A stretch of 37,977 nt of DNA from NCBI GenBank assembly GCA_014238595.1, contig JABAAV010000002.1, forward strand, positions 18,417-56,393, in the 5' to 3' direction. The position numbers and the translations under genes were made by a program. Below are positions 29,276 to 37,384 of the stretch, piece after piece (position 1 is the stretch's first letter; each line of letters begins with the position of its first letter). The stretch is from Myxococcales bacterium. Its GTDB lineage: Bacteria > Myxococcota_A > Polyangia > Haliangiales > J016. The notes under the pieces were generated by a model. The model was given only the letters and a program-made list of their open reading frames with translations, was not told the DNA's origin and made no database searches.

Positions 29276-30238
29276 ATGACCGCGATACATAAACACTATG
29301 AGTTTGAAGGGTGTTCAACCGCCAAAAGTCCTCGGCTCGATAAGTTTCTTGTTGAGATTGATTGTGGACTAACACGTTCTCAAATTAAACGACTCATTGA
29401 ATCAAAAGATATTACCATTAACAATCATTCAACGACCGTGAATTATAAACTTAAAAACGGAGATGTGATTGATGTTTGTATTCCACAAGTTGTTGAATCT
29501 TATATCAAACCTGTTGCGATGGATTTATCTGTGCTTTATGAAGACAGCCATTTGATTGTCATCGACAAACCGGCAGGGTTGGTTGTTCATCCTGCACCAG
29601 GACATTTAGATGATACGTTGGTTAATGGTTTACTAGCGCATTGTGTTGATTTGTCAGGTGTTGGTGGCGTGCTTCGTCCAGGTATTGTACACCGTTTAGA
29701 CAAAGACACATCAGGTGTGCTTGTTGTTAGCAAAACGGATGAGACTCATCATGCCTTAGTGACGTTGTTTCAAGAACGTGATTTAACACGTGAATATGTC
29801 GCGTTAGTATCGCCTTGTCCAAAACAACAAGAAGGTGTCTTTGAAACACAGTATGGAAGACATCCCATACATCGAAAGAAGTTTTCATCACTTGTTGAGG
29901 ATGGAAAAACAGCCATCACGCATTATAAGATTGAACAATCATTTGGAAAAAAAGCAGCAATGATCCGTTGTCGATTAGATACAGGTAGAACCCATCAAAT
30001 TCGTGTGCATTGTGCCGATCACAAAACACCTGTATTAGGTGATGCTGTTTACGGTTATCGACAACGAGAGCCTTTGTTACAAAAAATCGACAAAATACTT
30101 GGTCGCCAAGCGTTGCATGCACAACTGTTAGCATTTGTTCATCCTCAAACAGGGATGGATATGCGATTTTCATCACCCATACCTCATGATATGCAACAAG
30201 CCATAGCGATACTTGGCAGCGAAGAGTTTTTGCGATGA
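29276..30238 (+). CDS. rluD: 23S rRNA pseudouridine synthase, RluD/RluA family
   Basis: S4-like N-terminus (RLDKFLV), catalytic HRLDKDTSGVLVV and GRTHQIRVH. The ATG at 29276 follows the selA stop. Confidence 0.9.
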   Translation: MTAIHKHYEFEGCSTAKSPRLDKFLVEIDCGLTRSQIKRLIESKDITINNHSTTVNYKLKNGDVIDVCIPQVVESYIKPVAMDLSVLYEDSHLIVIDKPAGLVVHPAPGHLDDTLVNGLLAHCVDLSGVGGVLRPGIVHRLDKDTSGVLVVSKTDETHHALVTLFQERDLTREYVALVSPCPKQQEGVFETQYGRHPIHRKKFSSLVEDGKTAITHYKIEQSFGKKAAMIRCRLDTGRTHQIRVHCADHKTPVLGDAVYGYRQREPLLQKIDKILGRQALHAQLLAFVHPQTGMDMRFSSPIPHDMQQAIAILGSEEFLR

Positions 30239-30978
30239 TAAAAATTGTTAAATCTTCAATAATTTCCGATGAATTATTTATACATGGATTCCCTGAACGG
30301 ACAGGAGGGGTTTCTACAGGTCTTTGTTCGTCGTTAAACTTTGGATCTCGATGTGATGATCGTGTAGAAAATGTCATCGAAAATCATAATCGTTTGAGCC
30401 GTGACATAGATGTATTGAATGATGAGATGGTCATCGCTGCTCATGCCCATGGCACTGTTGTTTGGAACACTGACGTTACAGAGAACAAACCTCAAGAACA
30501 TGATGGATTGGTGACAGGACAGCGCGGCAAACTTTTATGTGTCTATGGCGCAGACTGTATCCCCATTGTATTGTGCGATTCAAAATCTAAACAATGTGGT
30601 GCTGCTCATTCAGGATGGCGTGGTACAGCTGCTGGAATTGCCAAAAACATGGTGTCAATGATGGTGTCATTAGGGAGTCGACCTGAAAACATCTGTGTTG
30701 CTTTGGGTCCTTCGATTGCCGCTTGTTGTTTTGAAGTGCAAGACGATGTATTCAATGTTTTTGAAAAAATATCATCTCAAAGCGTACAGAAACGAGATGG
30801 CAAATGTTTTGTTGATTTACATGCAACAACACGAATCATGCTTGAGCAAGCCGGTGTCAAGCCATACAACATCGATGACAATCCTCCCTGTACCTGTTGC
30901 CATCCAGAGCGTTTTTTCTCTTACCGTAGAGATGGTAAAAAAACAGGCTCACACATTGGGTTTATCGGGTTACGGTAG
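30235..30978 (+). CDS. pgeF: YfiH/PgeF (DUF152, laccase-domain) protein
   Basis: ATGA start/stop overlap with rluD. GADCIPIVL, AAHSGWRGTAAGI, CCFEV and SYRRDG. Confidence 0.88.
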   Translation: MIKIVKSSIISDELFIHGFPERTGGVSTGLCSSLNFGSRCDDRVENVIENHNRLSRDIDVLNDEMVIAAHAHGTVVWNTDVTENKPQEHDGLVTGQRGKLLCVYGADCIPIVLCDSKSKQCGAAHSGWRGTAAGIAKNMVSMMVSLGSRPENICVALGPSIAACCFEVQDDVFNVFEKISSQSVQKRDGKCFVDLHATTRIMLEQAGVKPYNIDDNPPCTCCHPERFFSYRRDGKKTGSHIGFIGLR

Positions 30979-32530
30979 GAAGAATATCGATATTATAAGT
31001 TAAGAGCAAATCACCCGTTAATGCCAGCAATGTTGCTGTGGCTTGTAGTGAATCAATAACGGCACGAGAACGACTCAATTTTGCTTTTTCAAGTTCTTCT
31101 TGTCTGCGTAACACATCAAAATTAGTGGCACTTCCATTTTGAAAACGATTTAACTCAATGTCAGCATTTTGCTGTGCTAATTTGATGGATGTTGTTGCGA
31201 TATCAAAACGTTTTTCAGCGGAGCGAATCGTATCAGCAGTACGGATGACTGAAACTGAAACTTCCCGTTTTGTTTCTTCAAATGACAGTGTTCTACGATG
31301 TGCTCGTAACGCTGCATTTTTATGGACACCTTCTGCGTAATTGTTTTCAATTGATCGGGAATACGTTAACGACAATGTTCCTTGGTAATCTTTAAACGTT
31401 CCCATGCGTTCTATTGCTGTTTTAAAATTTTCTGAGAATCCCAATGGCGTAACACTGGCTCTCAAATCTAATTGAGGGAGTGTTGCATCTTTGCTCACAG
31501 CCATATCAATTTCTGTTTCATTAAGATGATTCTTGGATAACGCAAGATTAGGGTTTTTGTTATGAGCACGATGGAGCAATACGTTAGTGTCCTTAGGTGC
31601 TTGTACAACCATTGATGGAAGCGATGTCATGAGTGTGATGTTGTTGTATCCGATTTCCATCCCTGCTAAACGCCGTAATTCTAATGATCGATCATTGATT
31701 TTAATTTGTGCACTTAGCAATGATTCTTTTTTGACAGCCAATGTATATTCTACAGCCAGTCGCTCACTAGGGGCTACAACCCCTGCTGCAATCGCGTCAT
31801 TAGTGATTTTTAATTGAAGCAGAGCAAGGTCAAACGAAGCCTTTTGAATCGCTTTTTCTTGAATGGCGTAAGCCAATTCCCAATAAGTTAAAATAATACG
31901 ACGGATATACTCAGTGTTTGTTGCTGTTTGTTGTAGCAAAGCTGTGTTTTTATCAATCAATGCTTTTTGTTGTTCAGAGCGTGCCACTGTTTTGCCTGCA
32001 CCACGCAACAAAGGTTGTGTGAACGATAATGAAAAGGATGTATTGTATGTTGTGCTTTCAAAGGGGGCATCGAGAAAATCATCAAACGATGTGTCGGATT
32101 GATCATCTGAGAGAGAGACTTTGGATTTTCGTTGTTCGGTAGATCCTGAAATATCAAGCGCAAGGGTTCCCCCAGAAGATATGCTCCGAGCGATTTGGCT
32201 TGAAAGATTCAGTGTATTGTTCTCAACAAGCTGTACAGGTTGTCCTTGCACAAGATCTTTGCGAAAGACTGAAGCATTTGTTGCAATACTTAATCGCCAG
32301 TCATCAAGACCGGCAGCTTGAAGTTCATTGGCATGCGCTGATGAAACATCGAGTGCTGCTTTGGAAATTTGTGAATTTTGTCTAACAGCAACATCAAGAA
32401 TCTCTTTGATCGATGTCGTTGATGGTGTTGACGGTGTTGCAAATCCTGTTGATGCGATCATCAAGAATCCAACACAGATGGTCATGACCCATAACACTCT
32501 GGAGGCAGTATTGTTTGTGTAAAATATCAT
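30962..32530 (-). CDS. tolC: TolC-family outer membrane efflux protein
   Basis: 522 aa. Signal peptide and duplicated OEP helical repeats. Its 3' end overlaps the pgeF 3' end by 17 nt. Confidence 0.85.
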   Translation of the reverse strand: MIFYTNNTASRVLWVMTICVGFLMIASTGFATPSTPSTTSIKEILDVAVRQNSQISKAALDVSSAHANELQAAGLDDWRLSIATNASVFRKDLVQGQPVQLVENNTLNLSSQIARSISSGGTLALDISGSTEQRKSKVSLSDDQSDTSFDDFLDAPFESTTYNTSFSLSFTQPLLRGAGKTVARSEQQKALIDKNTALLQQTATNTEYIRRIILTYWELAYAIQEKAIQKASFDLALLQLKITNDAIAAGVVAPSERLAVEYTLAVKKESLLSAQIKINDRSLELRRLAGMEIGYNNITLMTSLPSMVVQAPKDTNVLLHRAHNKNPNLALSKNHLNETEIDMAVSKDATLPQLDLRASVTPLGFSENFKTAIERMGTFKDYQGTLSLTYSRSIENNYAEGVHKNAALRAHRRTLSFEETKREVSVSVIRTADTIRSAEKRFDIATTSIKLAQQNADIELNRFQNGSATNFDVLRRQEELEKAKLSRSRAVIDSLQATATLLALTGDLLLTYNIDILPTVTR

Positions 32531-32664
32531 CAGTCGTGAAAAATGTGATTGGGTGGCAACCCTGTTAAAATACCCGCAGGAGTCTATCTTGTGTGTACGA
32601 TCTCGTCAAAGGGGGATCGTGTTGTCTAGATCTTTATTATGTGATGTGTTACGAACTATCCCTC

Positions 32665-33288
32665 ATGGATGTCAAGCTTAGAACCTATACATTTCTCGAT
32701 GCCCTTCAACCGCAATTAGCAACATTTATGGGCAAAACAGTCCGTGGTTTTTTGCCCATTCCTGGTCAAGCCTCTCTATTTGTTGAAATTGCACCAGGTA
32801 TTGCGATCAATCAAGTGACCGATCGTGCACTTAAGGCGACCAAAGTACAACCTGCACTTCAAATTGTGGAGCGTGCCTATGGTCTTTTGGAAGTCCATCA
32901 TGATGATCAAGGGGAAGTGTTATCTGCTGGAGAGCAGATTTTGCAATTTATTGACAAAAAAGATGTTGATCGCTTGGCGCCACGTGTTGTGACCAGTCAA
33001 ATTATTCATGGCATCAGTGCCTATCAAACACAGATTATTAATCGAACATCGTCAGGTATGATGGTATTGCCTCAAGAAAGTTTGCTTTTCATTGAAACTG
33101 AGCCAGCAGGATATGTGGTTTTGGCAGCCAATGAAGCTGAAAAAGCGGCTCCTATTTCATTAATTCAGGTTACGCCGTATGGAGCTTTTGGTCGGCTTTA
33201 TTTGTCGGGGTCAGAAGCCGCCGTTGATGCAGCCGCTAAAGCAGCAATCGCTGCATTAGAGAGCGTCTCTGGACAATCAGTAAAATAA
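32665..33288 (+). CDS. BMC-T shell protein, CsoS1D/CcmP-like permuted tandem-domain (double-stacking) type
   Basis: [59 protein letters not shown]...[18 protein letters not shown]...[10 protein letters not shown]...[13 protein letters not shown] is collinear with remembered CsoS1D and Haliangium BMC-T2. An alternative GTG start at 32593, 10 nt after AGGAG, would add 24 aa. Confidence 0.88.
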   Translation: MDVKLRTYTFLDALQPQLATFMGKTVRGFLPIPGQASLFVEIAPGIAINQVTDRALKATKVQPALQIVERAYGLLEVHHDDQGEVLSAGEQILQFIDKKDVDRLAPRVVTSQIIHGISAYQTQIINRTSSGMMVLPQESLLFIETEPAGYVVLAANEAEKAAPISLIQVTPYGAFGRLYLSGSEAAVDAAAKAAIAALESVSGQSVK

Positions 33289-33364
33289 TATGTTGATCAA
33301 GCGTTGATTAGGATCGAATTAAGTCGTAATTTACACCTTAATATTAGAAATGGAGAATTGAACG

Positions 33365-33652
33365 ATGGCTGATGCTTTAGGAATGATTGAAACAAAAGGC
33401 TTTGTGAGTATGGTCGAAGCGGCCGATGCGATGGTTAAAGCCGCAAAAGTTGAGCTTGTTGGTTATGAAAAAACAGGCGGTGGTTTTGTGACGGCAGTAG
33501 TTCGTGGTGATGTTGCAGCGGTTCGTGCTGCTACTGAAGCAGGTCAACGTTCTGCAGAGCGTCTTGGTGAGGTGGTATCAGTACATATTATTCCACGCCC
33601 TCACATTAATGTAGATATCGCTCTTCCTTTGGGACGACAATCTACTCAATAA
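33365..33652 (+). CDS. BMC-H hexameric shell protein (PF00936 type)
   Basis: [60 protein letters not shown]... is very close to the Haliangium ochraceum BMC-H as I remember it. GGAG lies upstream. Confidence 0.95.
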   Translation: MADALGMIETKGFVSMVEAADAMVKAAKVELVGYEKTGGGFVTAVVRGDVAAVRAATEAGQRSAERLGEVVSVHIIPRPHINVDIALPLGRQSTQ

Positions 33653-33662
33653 TTTTAGGCTT

Positions 33663-33956
33663 ATGCTACTTGGAAAAGTAAGCGGTACTGTAGTTTCGAC
33701 ACGCAAAGAACATTTGTTGGATGGGTTAACATTGTTACTCATTGAGCATTGTCTCCCCAATGGTAAAGGGCAAGGTACATTTCTTGTTGCAACCGATTCG
33801 GTGAGTGCAGGTATTGGTGAAATCGTTCTTTATACGACGGGAAGTTCTGCGCGACAAACCGAATTAACGACAGGCAAGCCCATTGATGCCACTGTGATGG
33901 CAATTGTAGATTCCATTGATATGGGTGGCAGTACAGAATATCTTAAAGATAGTTGA
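33663..33956 (+). CDS. BMC-P pentameric vertex protein (EutN/CcmL family)
   Basis: MLLGKVSGTVVSTRKEHLLDGLTLLLIE...VATDSVSAGIGEIVLYTTGSSAR...IDATVMAIVDSI. Confidence 0.92.
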   Translation: MLLGKVSGTVVSTRKEHLLDGLTLLLIEHCLPNGKGQGTFLVATDSVSAGIGEIVLYTTGSSARQTELTTGKPIDATVMAIVDSIDMGGSTEYLKDS

Positions 33957-33963
33957 GTTGGTC

Positions 33964-35436
33964 ATGAGCCTTCACATGAATGAACAAAACATTGAAGAGC
34001 TTGTCTCTCGTGTGATGGAGCGATTGTCTGATCAATCGTTGTCCTCACTATCATCTAAAAATCTCACTCAATCATCATCGCCACCACAGGCTATGCCACG
34101 AGATGCGGTTGATATTCCTCGTGGAACATTGGGTGTTTTTGAAACACCCGATCAAGCGGTTGCCGCAGCACTGGATGGCTTTGAAAAAAACGAAGCGGCA
34201 CCATTGGTATTGCGCGAAAAAATGATTCAAGCGATGCGTGATGTCACACGAACACATCTTGAAGATTTGGCACGTTACGCTCATATCGAATCTGGTCTTG
34301 GTCGTATTGAAGACAAAATCGAAAAGAATCGATTAGTCCTTGAAAAAACACCGGGGACGGAGATTTTACAACCTATTGCCTATACCGGTGATGACGGATT
34401 AACGCTCATTGAGCGTGCACCCTATGGTGTGTTTTTGGCAGTGACGCCCTGTACAAATCCAACTGAAACGATTCTTTGCAATAGTATCGGTATGATTGCC
34501 GGTGGTAATTCGGTCATTTTTAATACGCACCCGTCTGCCGCTAAAACATGCAATTGGTATATTAGTTTGCTCAATGAAGCGATTGCATCGGTGGGTGGGC
34601 CTCATCATGTGATTGTATCCATAGCTTCACCTACGATTGAAACAGCACAAGCGTTAATGAAACATAAAGATGTACGTCTTGTCGTGGTTACAGGAGGGCC
34701 TGGCGTGGTTCGTCAAGCCATGCAATCAGGTAAAAAAGTCATTGCCGCGGGACCGGGCAATCCACCTGCTTTGGTCGATGCTACCGCTGATATTGCCCAT
34801 GCAGCCAAATCGATTGTGCAAGGTGCCTCTATTGATAACAACATTATATGTACGGCCGAAAAAGAGATTGTCGCTCAATCATCTATTGCCAATGCATTGA
34901 AAGAACAATTAGGAAAACATCAAGCACTGATTTTGTCATCCAAACAAACGCGTGATTTAGAGCGATTGCTTTTAAATGATGATGGCTCTGTCAATCGATC
35001 ATGGGTTGGGAAAAACGCATCTGATATTGCCGCTAATATTGGCATTACAGGTCATGATTTGAAACTTCGTTTATTGGTTTGTGCGGTTGAAGAAGCCCAT
35101 CCCTTTGTTCAACATGAACTTTTGATGCCTGTGATTGGGATGTTTGAAGTTTCAGACATCACCGAAGGCATTGCTGCGTCACTGCGTTGTGAACATCAAT
35201 TTTATCATACGGCTGTCATGCATTCGACAAACGTCGATCACATGTCTGCAATGGCACGGCTGTGTAATTGTTCTATCTTTGTTAAAAATGCACCCAACTT
35301 AGCGGGACTTGGTTATGGTGGAGAAGGGTATACATCCTTTACGATTGCAAGTCCTACGGGTGAAGGGTTAACCACGGCACTTGATTTTACAAGACAACGT
35401 CGATGTAGTCTCAAAGATTCATTCCGATTTGTGTAA
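33964..35436 (+). CDS. CoA-acylating aldehyde dehydrogenase (PduP/EutE-like) with N-terminal encapsulation-peptide-like helix
   Basis: Catalytic Cys context NNIICTAEKE, plus VVTGGPGVV and AAGPGNPP. The N-terminal amphipathic NEQNIEELVSRVMERL is followed by a Ser/Pro-rich linker. The track TTG start at 33916 would overlap BMC-P, so the ATG at 33964 is preferred. Confidence 0.9.
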   Translation: MSLHMNEQNIEELVSRVMERLSDQSLSSLSSKNLTQSSSPPQAMPRDAVDIPRGTLGVFETPDQAVAAALDGFEKNEAAPLVLREKMIQAMRDVTRTHLEDLARYAHIESGLGRIEDKIEKNRLVLEKTPGTEILQPIAYTGDDGLTLIERAPYGVFLAVTPCTNPTETILCNSIGMIAGGNSVIFNTHPSAAKTCNWYISLLNEAIASVGGPHHVIVSIASPTIETAQALMKHKDVRLVVVTGGPGVVRQAMQSGKKVIAAGPGNPPALVDATADIAHAAKSIVQGASIDNNIICTAEKEIVAQSSIANALKEQLGKHQALILSSKQTRDLERLLLNDDGSVNRSWVGKNASDIAANIGITGHDLKLRLLVCAVEEAHPFVQHELLMPVIGMFEVSDITEGIAASLRCEHQFYHTAVMHSTNVDHMSAMARLCNCSIFVKNAPNLAGLGYGGEGYTSFTIASPTGEGLTTALDFTRQRRCSLKDSFRFV

Positions 35437-35439
35437 AGT

Positions 35440-36003
35440 ATGAAAAATATGAAATCTTCATTAGGCGTCATTGAATTATCTTCAATAGCACGCGGTGTTG
35501 TTGTGAGTGATGCGTTACTCAAAAAGGCACATGTATCTTTGATTCGTTCTATGGCGGTATCTTGTGGCAAACACATCATCATGTTTGTTGGTGATATTGC
35601 TGAAGTCGAAGAATCATTTCATAGCGGTGTTCATCATGGCGGATCAGATGTTATCGACAGTGTCATGATTCCGATGGTGGACAAGCAAATTGCAGCGTTT
35701 CTTCCTGATGGTAAATCTATATCACGTCGCAACACTGAAGCATTGCTGGTGATAGAAACAAAAACAGTGTGCAGTACATTGTTGGGCGTTGATGCTGCAG
35801 TCAAAGCTTCTGATGTCGTGGTTATCGAAATGCAGTTTGCTGTCGGTATTGGTGGTAAGGCATTTTCAATGATGACAGGTACGCTGCATGACCTTGAAGC
35901 ATCCGTCGATGCTTTTGAGCACACCGTCACATCAGATCATATTGTGAATACAGAAATTATTGCATCCCCTCATGAAGAGATGCCATCACGATTTTTGATT
36001 TAA
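35440..36003 (+). CDS. BMC-T shell protein, PduT-like tandem-domain (single-layer) type
   Basis: SSLGVIELSSIARGVVVSDALLKKAHVSLIRSMAVSCGKHIIMFVGDIAEV is one BMC domain. A second follows (ALLVIETKTVCSTLLGVDAAVKASDVVVIEMQFAVGIGGKAFSMMTG). Collinear with remembered PduT. Confidence 0.88.
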   Translation: MKNMKSSLGVIELSSIARGVVVSDALLKKAHVSLIRSMAVSCGKHIIMFVGDIAEVEESFHSGVHHGGSDVIDSVMIPMVDKQIAAFLPDGKSISRRNTEALLVIETKTVCSTLLGVDAAVKASDVVVIEMQFAVGIGGKAFSMMTGTLHDLEASVDAFEHTVTSDHIVNTEIIASPHEEMPSRFLI

Positions 36004-36247
36004 AACAACGCGATCAGTGATCAGTAATATCAGTGACAGGCAATCAATGATTGATGAAGTATCGTCAATGTTTTGATGGTCACATCAGATCATATTGTGA
36101 ACACAGAAATTATTGCATCCCCTCATGAAGAGATGCCATCACGATTTTTGATTTAAAACAACGCGATCAGCGATCTAGTGATCAGTAATATCAGTGACAG
36201 GCAATCAATTATTGACGAAGTATCGTCAATGTTTTGATGGTCACATC
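35926..36247. repeat. two-copy tandem duplication (153 nt + 161 nt) bounded by 8-nt microhomology GTCACATC
   Basis: GTCACATC occurs at 35926, 36079 and 36240. Copy 1 holds the real 3' end of the BMC-T gene and a dead copy of the cyclophilin 3' end. Copy 2 holds a dead copy of the BMC-T tail and the real cyclophilin 3' end, plus an 8-nt insertion (cgatctag). Confidence 0.95.
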
Positions 36248-36895
36248 CGTGTGAGGTTTTTGTCTTGTGTTTGTTTGAACACGTGCGATGGCTTTAATGA
36301 TATCGGTGTTGTTGCACATGCCAAATACTGTATGACGACCATTAAGATGTGGCGTTGCTTTTTCTGTAATAAAAAACTGACTGCCATTGGTTGATGGACC
36401 TGCATTGGCCATAGACAAAATACCTGCCTTGTTATGTTTTAAATCAGGATGGATTTCATCAGCAAACGTATAACCAGGACCTCCTGTGCCGACACCGAGT
36501 GGATCTCCACCTTGAATCATGAAATTAGGAATGACACGATGAAAAATAAGCCCATTGTAGAACGGTCGTTTTTCGACTTGTTTTGTTGTTGGATTGATAA
36601 AAGGTTTCATGCCTCGAGCCAGTCCAACAAAATTGGCTACAGTCATCGGAGTTTCTTTTTCGGTCAACAGACATTCGATCATGCCCATTGAAGTATCAAA
36701 CTTCGCTGTTAATTGCCCTGTTCCTGAAAGATCATTAATATACATCTCTAAATCTTGCGGTTGAGGTGGTTTCACATCGCTCATCATGGGCGCTTTGGGT
36801 GTTGCTGCGGGCGTTGGTTCTTTGTTGTCAGATCCACATGCCGATAACACAAGAGTGAGAATGATAAGACTTGATAGTTTTGAATAGATACGCAT
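36209..36895 (-). CDS. cyclophilin-type peptidyl-prolyl isomerase, lipoprotein
   Basis: Signal peptide with lipobox ([20 protein letters not shown]). Cyclophilin core [15 protein letters not shown] and [17 protein letters not shown]. The track start at 36919 is a TTG lying in a repeated sequence. Confidence 0.9.
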   Translation of the reverse strand: MRIYSKLSSLIILTLVLSACGSDNKEPTPAATPKAPMMSDVKPPQPQDLEMYINDLSGTGQLTAKFDTSMGMIECLLTEKETPMTVANFVGLARGMKPFINPTTKQVEKRPFYNGLIFHRVIPNFMIQGGDPLGVGTGGPGYTFADEIHPDLKHNKAGILSMANAGPSTNGSQFFITEKATPHLNGRHTVFGMCNNTDIIKAIARVQTNTRQKPHTDVTIKTLTILRQ

Positions 36896-37375
36896 AGGGA
36901 GCATGTCTAGCATAAACAAAAATCAAAATCCATCATCTGTTGATGGTTAAATTGATGATTAAACCATGATATCGATTAAAAACACGATGTCGACCAGTGT
37001 CTTATTTGTGCACGAAGTATCTTTGATTGAACGAGAGATGGGAATGACATCGATGTGAGGGTGTTGATGTCATTGAGATTAAAATCACATTTCCTATAGG
37101 GAACATGGCTGGCATAAAAATCAAAATCCATCGTTTATAATTAAAAGCATGGTGTCGATCCATGGCATGTTTTTTCATGAGGTATCCTCGATTGAACAAG
37201 GGATGGGAATGACATGGATGTGAGGGTGTTGATGTCATTGAGATCAAAATCACATTTCCGATAGGGAACATGGCTAGCATAAAAAATCAAAATCCAGCAT
37301 CTATAATTAAAAGCATGATGTCGACCAGTGTCATGTTGTTGCATAAGGTACCCTCGATTGAACGAGGGATGTGTT
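36894..37375. repeat. three tandem ~165-200-nt units between the LRR gene and the cyclophilin gene
   Basis: Units at 36894-37095 (202 nt, with an insertion of about 37 nt), 37096-37260 (165 nt) and 37261-~37375 (truncated). Each begins atagggaRcatgKctRgcataaa..aatcaaaatcca and contains gggaatgacatSgatgtgagggtgttgatgtcattgag. Confidence 0.9.
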
Positions 37376-37384
37376 GTGAATGAC

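Noticed and set aside
32554-32569. Sigma-54 promoter (TGGCA-N-TT..) upstream of the BMC operon.
   Set aside because: TGGCAACCCTGTTAAA has the -24 GG, but the conserved -12 GC is AA. This is too weak to call without a matrix score.
33916-33963. TTG start at 33916 for the aldehyde dehydrogenase, as in the track.
   Set aside because: It would overlap the BMC-P gene by 41 nt and add a hydrophobic, non-conserved 16 aa. The ATG at 33964 lies just after the BMC-P stop and places the amphipathic helix at the N-terminus.
35926-36247. attL/attR direct repeats of an integrated mobile element that targeted a gene 3' end.
   Set aside because: The two copies are directly adjacent with nothing between them. 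No integrase, excisionase or cargo is present. The 8-nt junction microhomology is typical of slippage or template switching.
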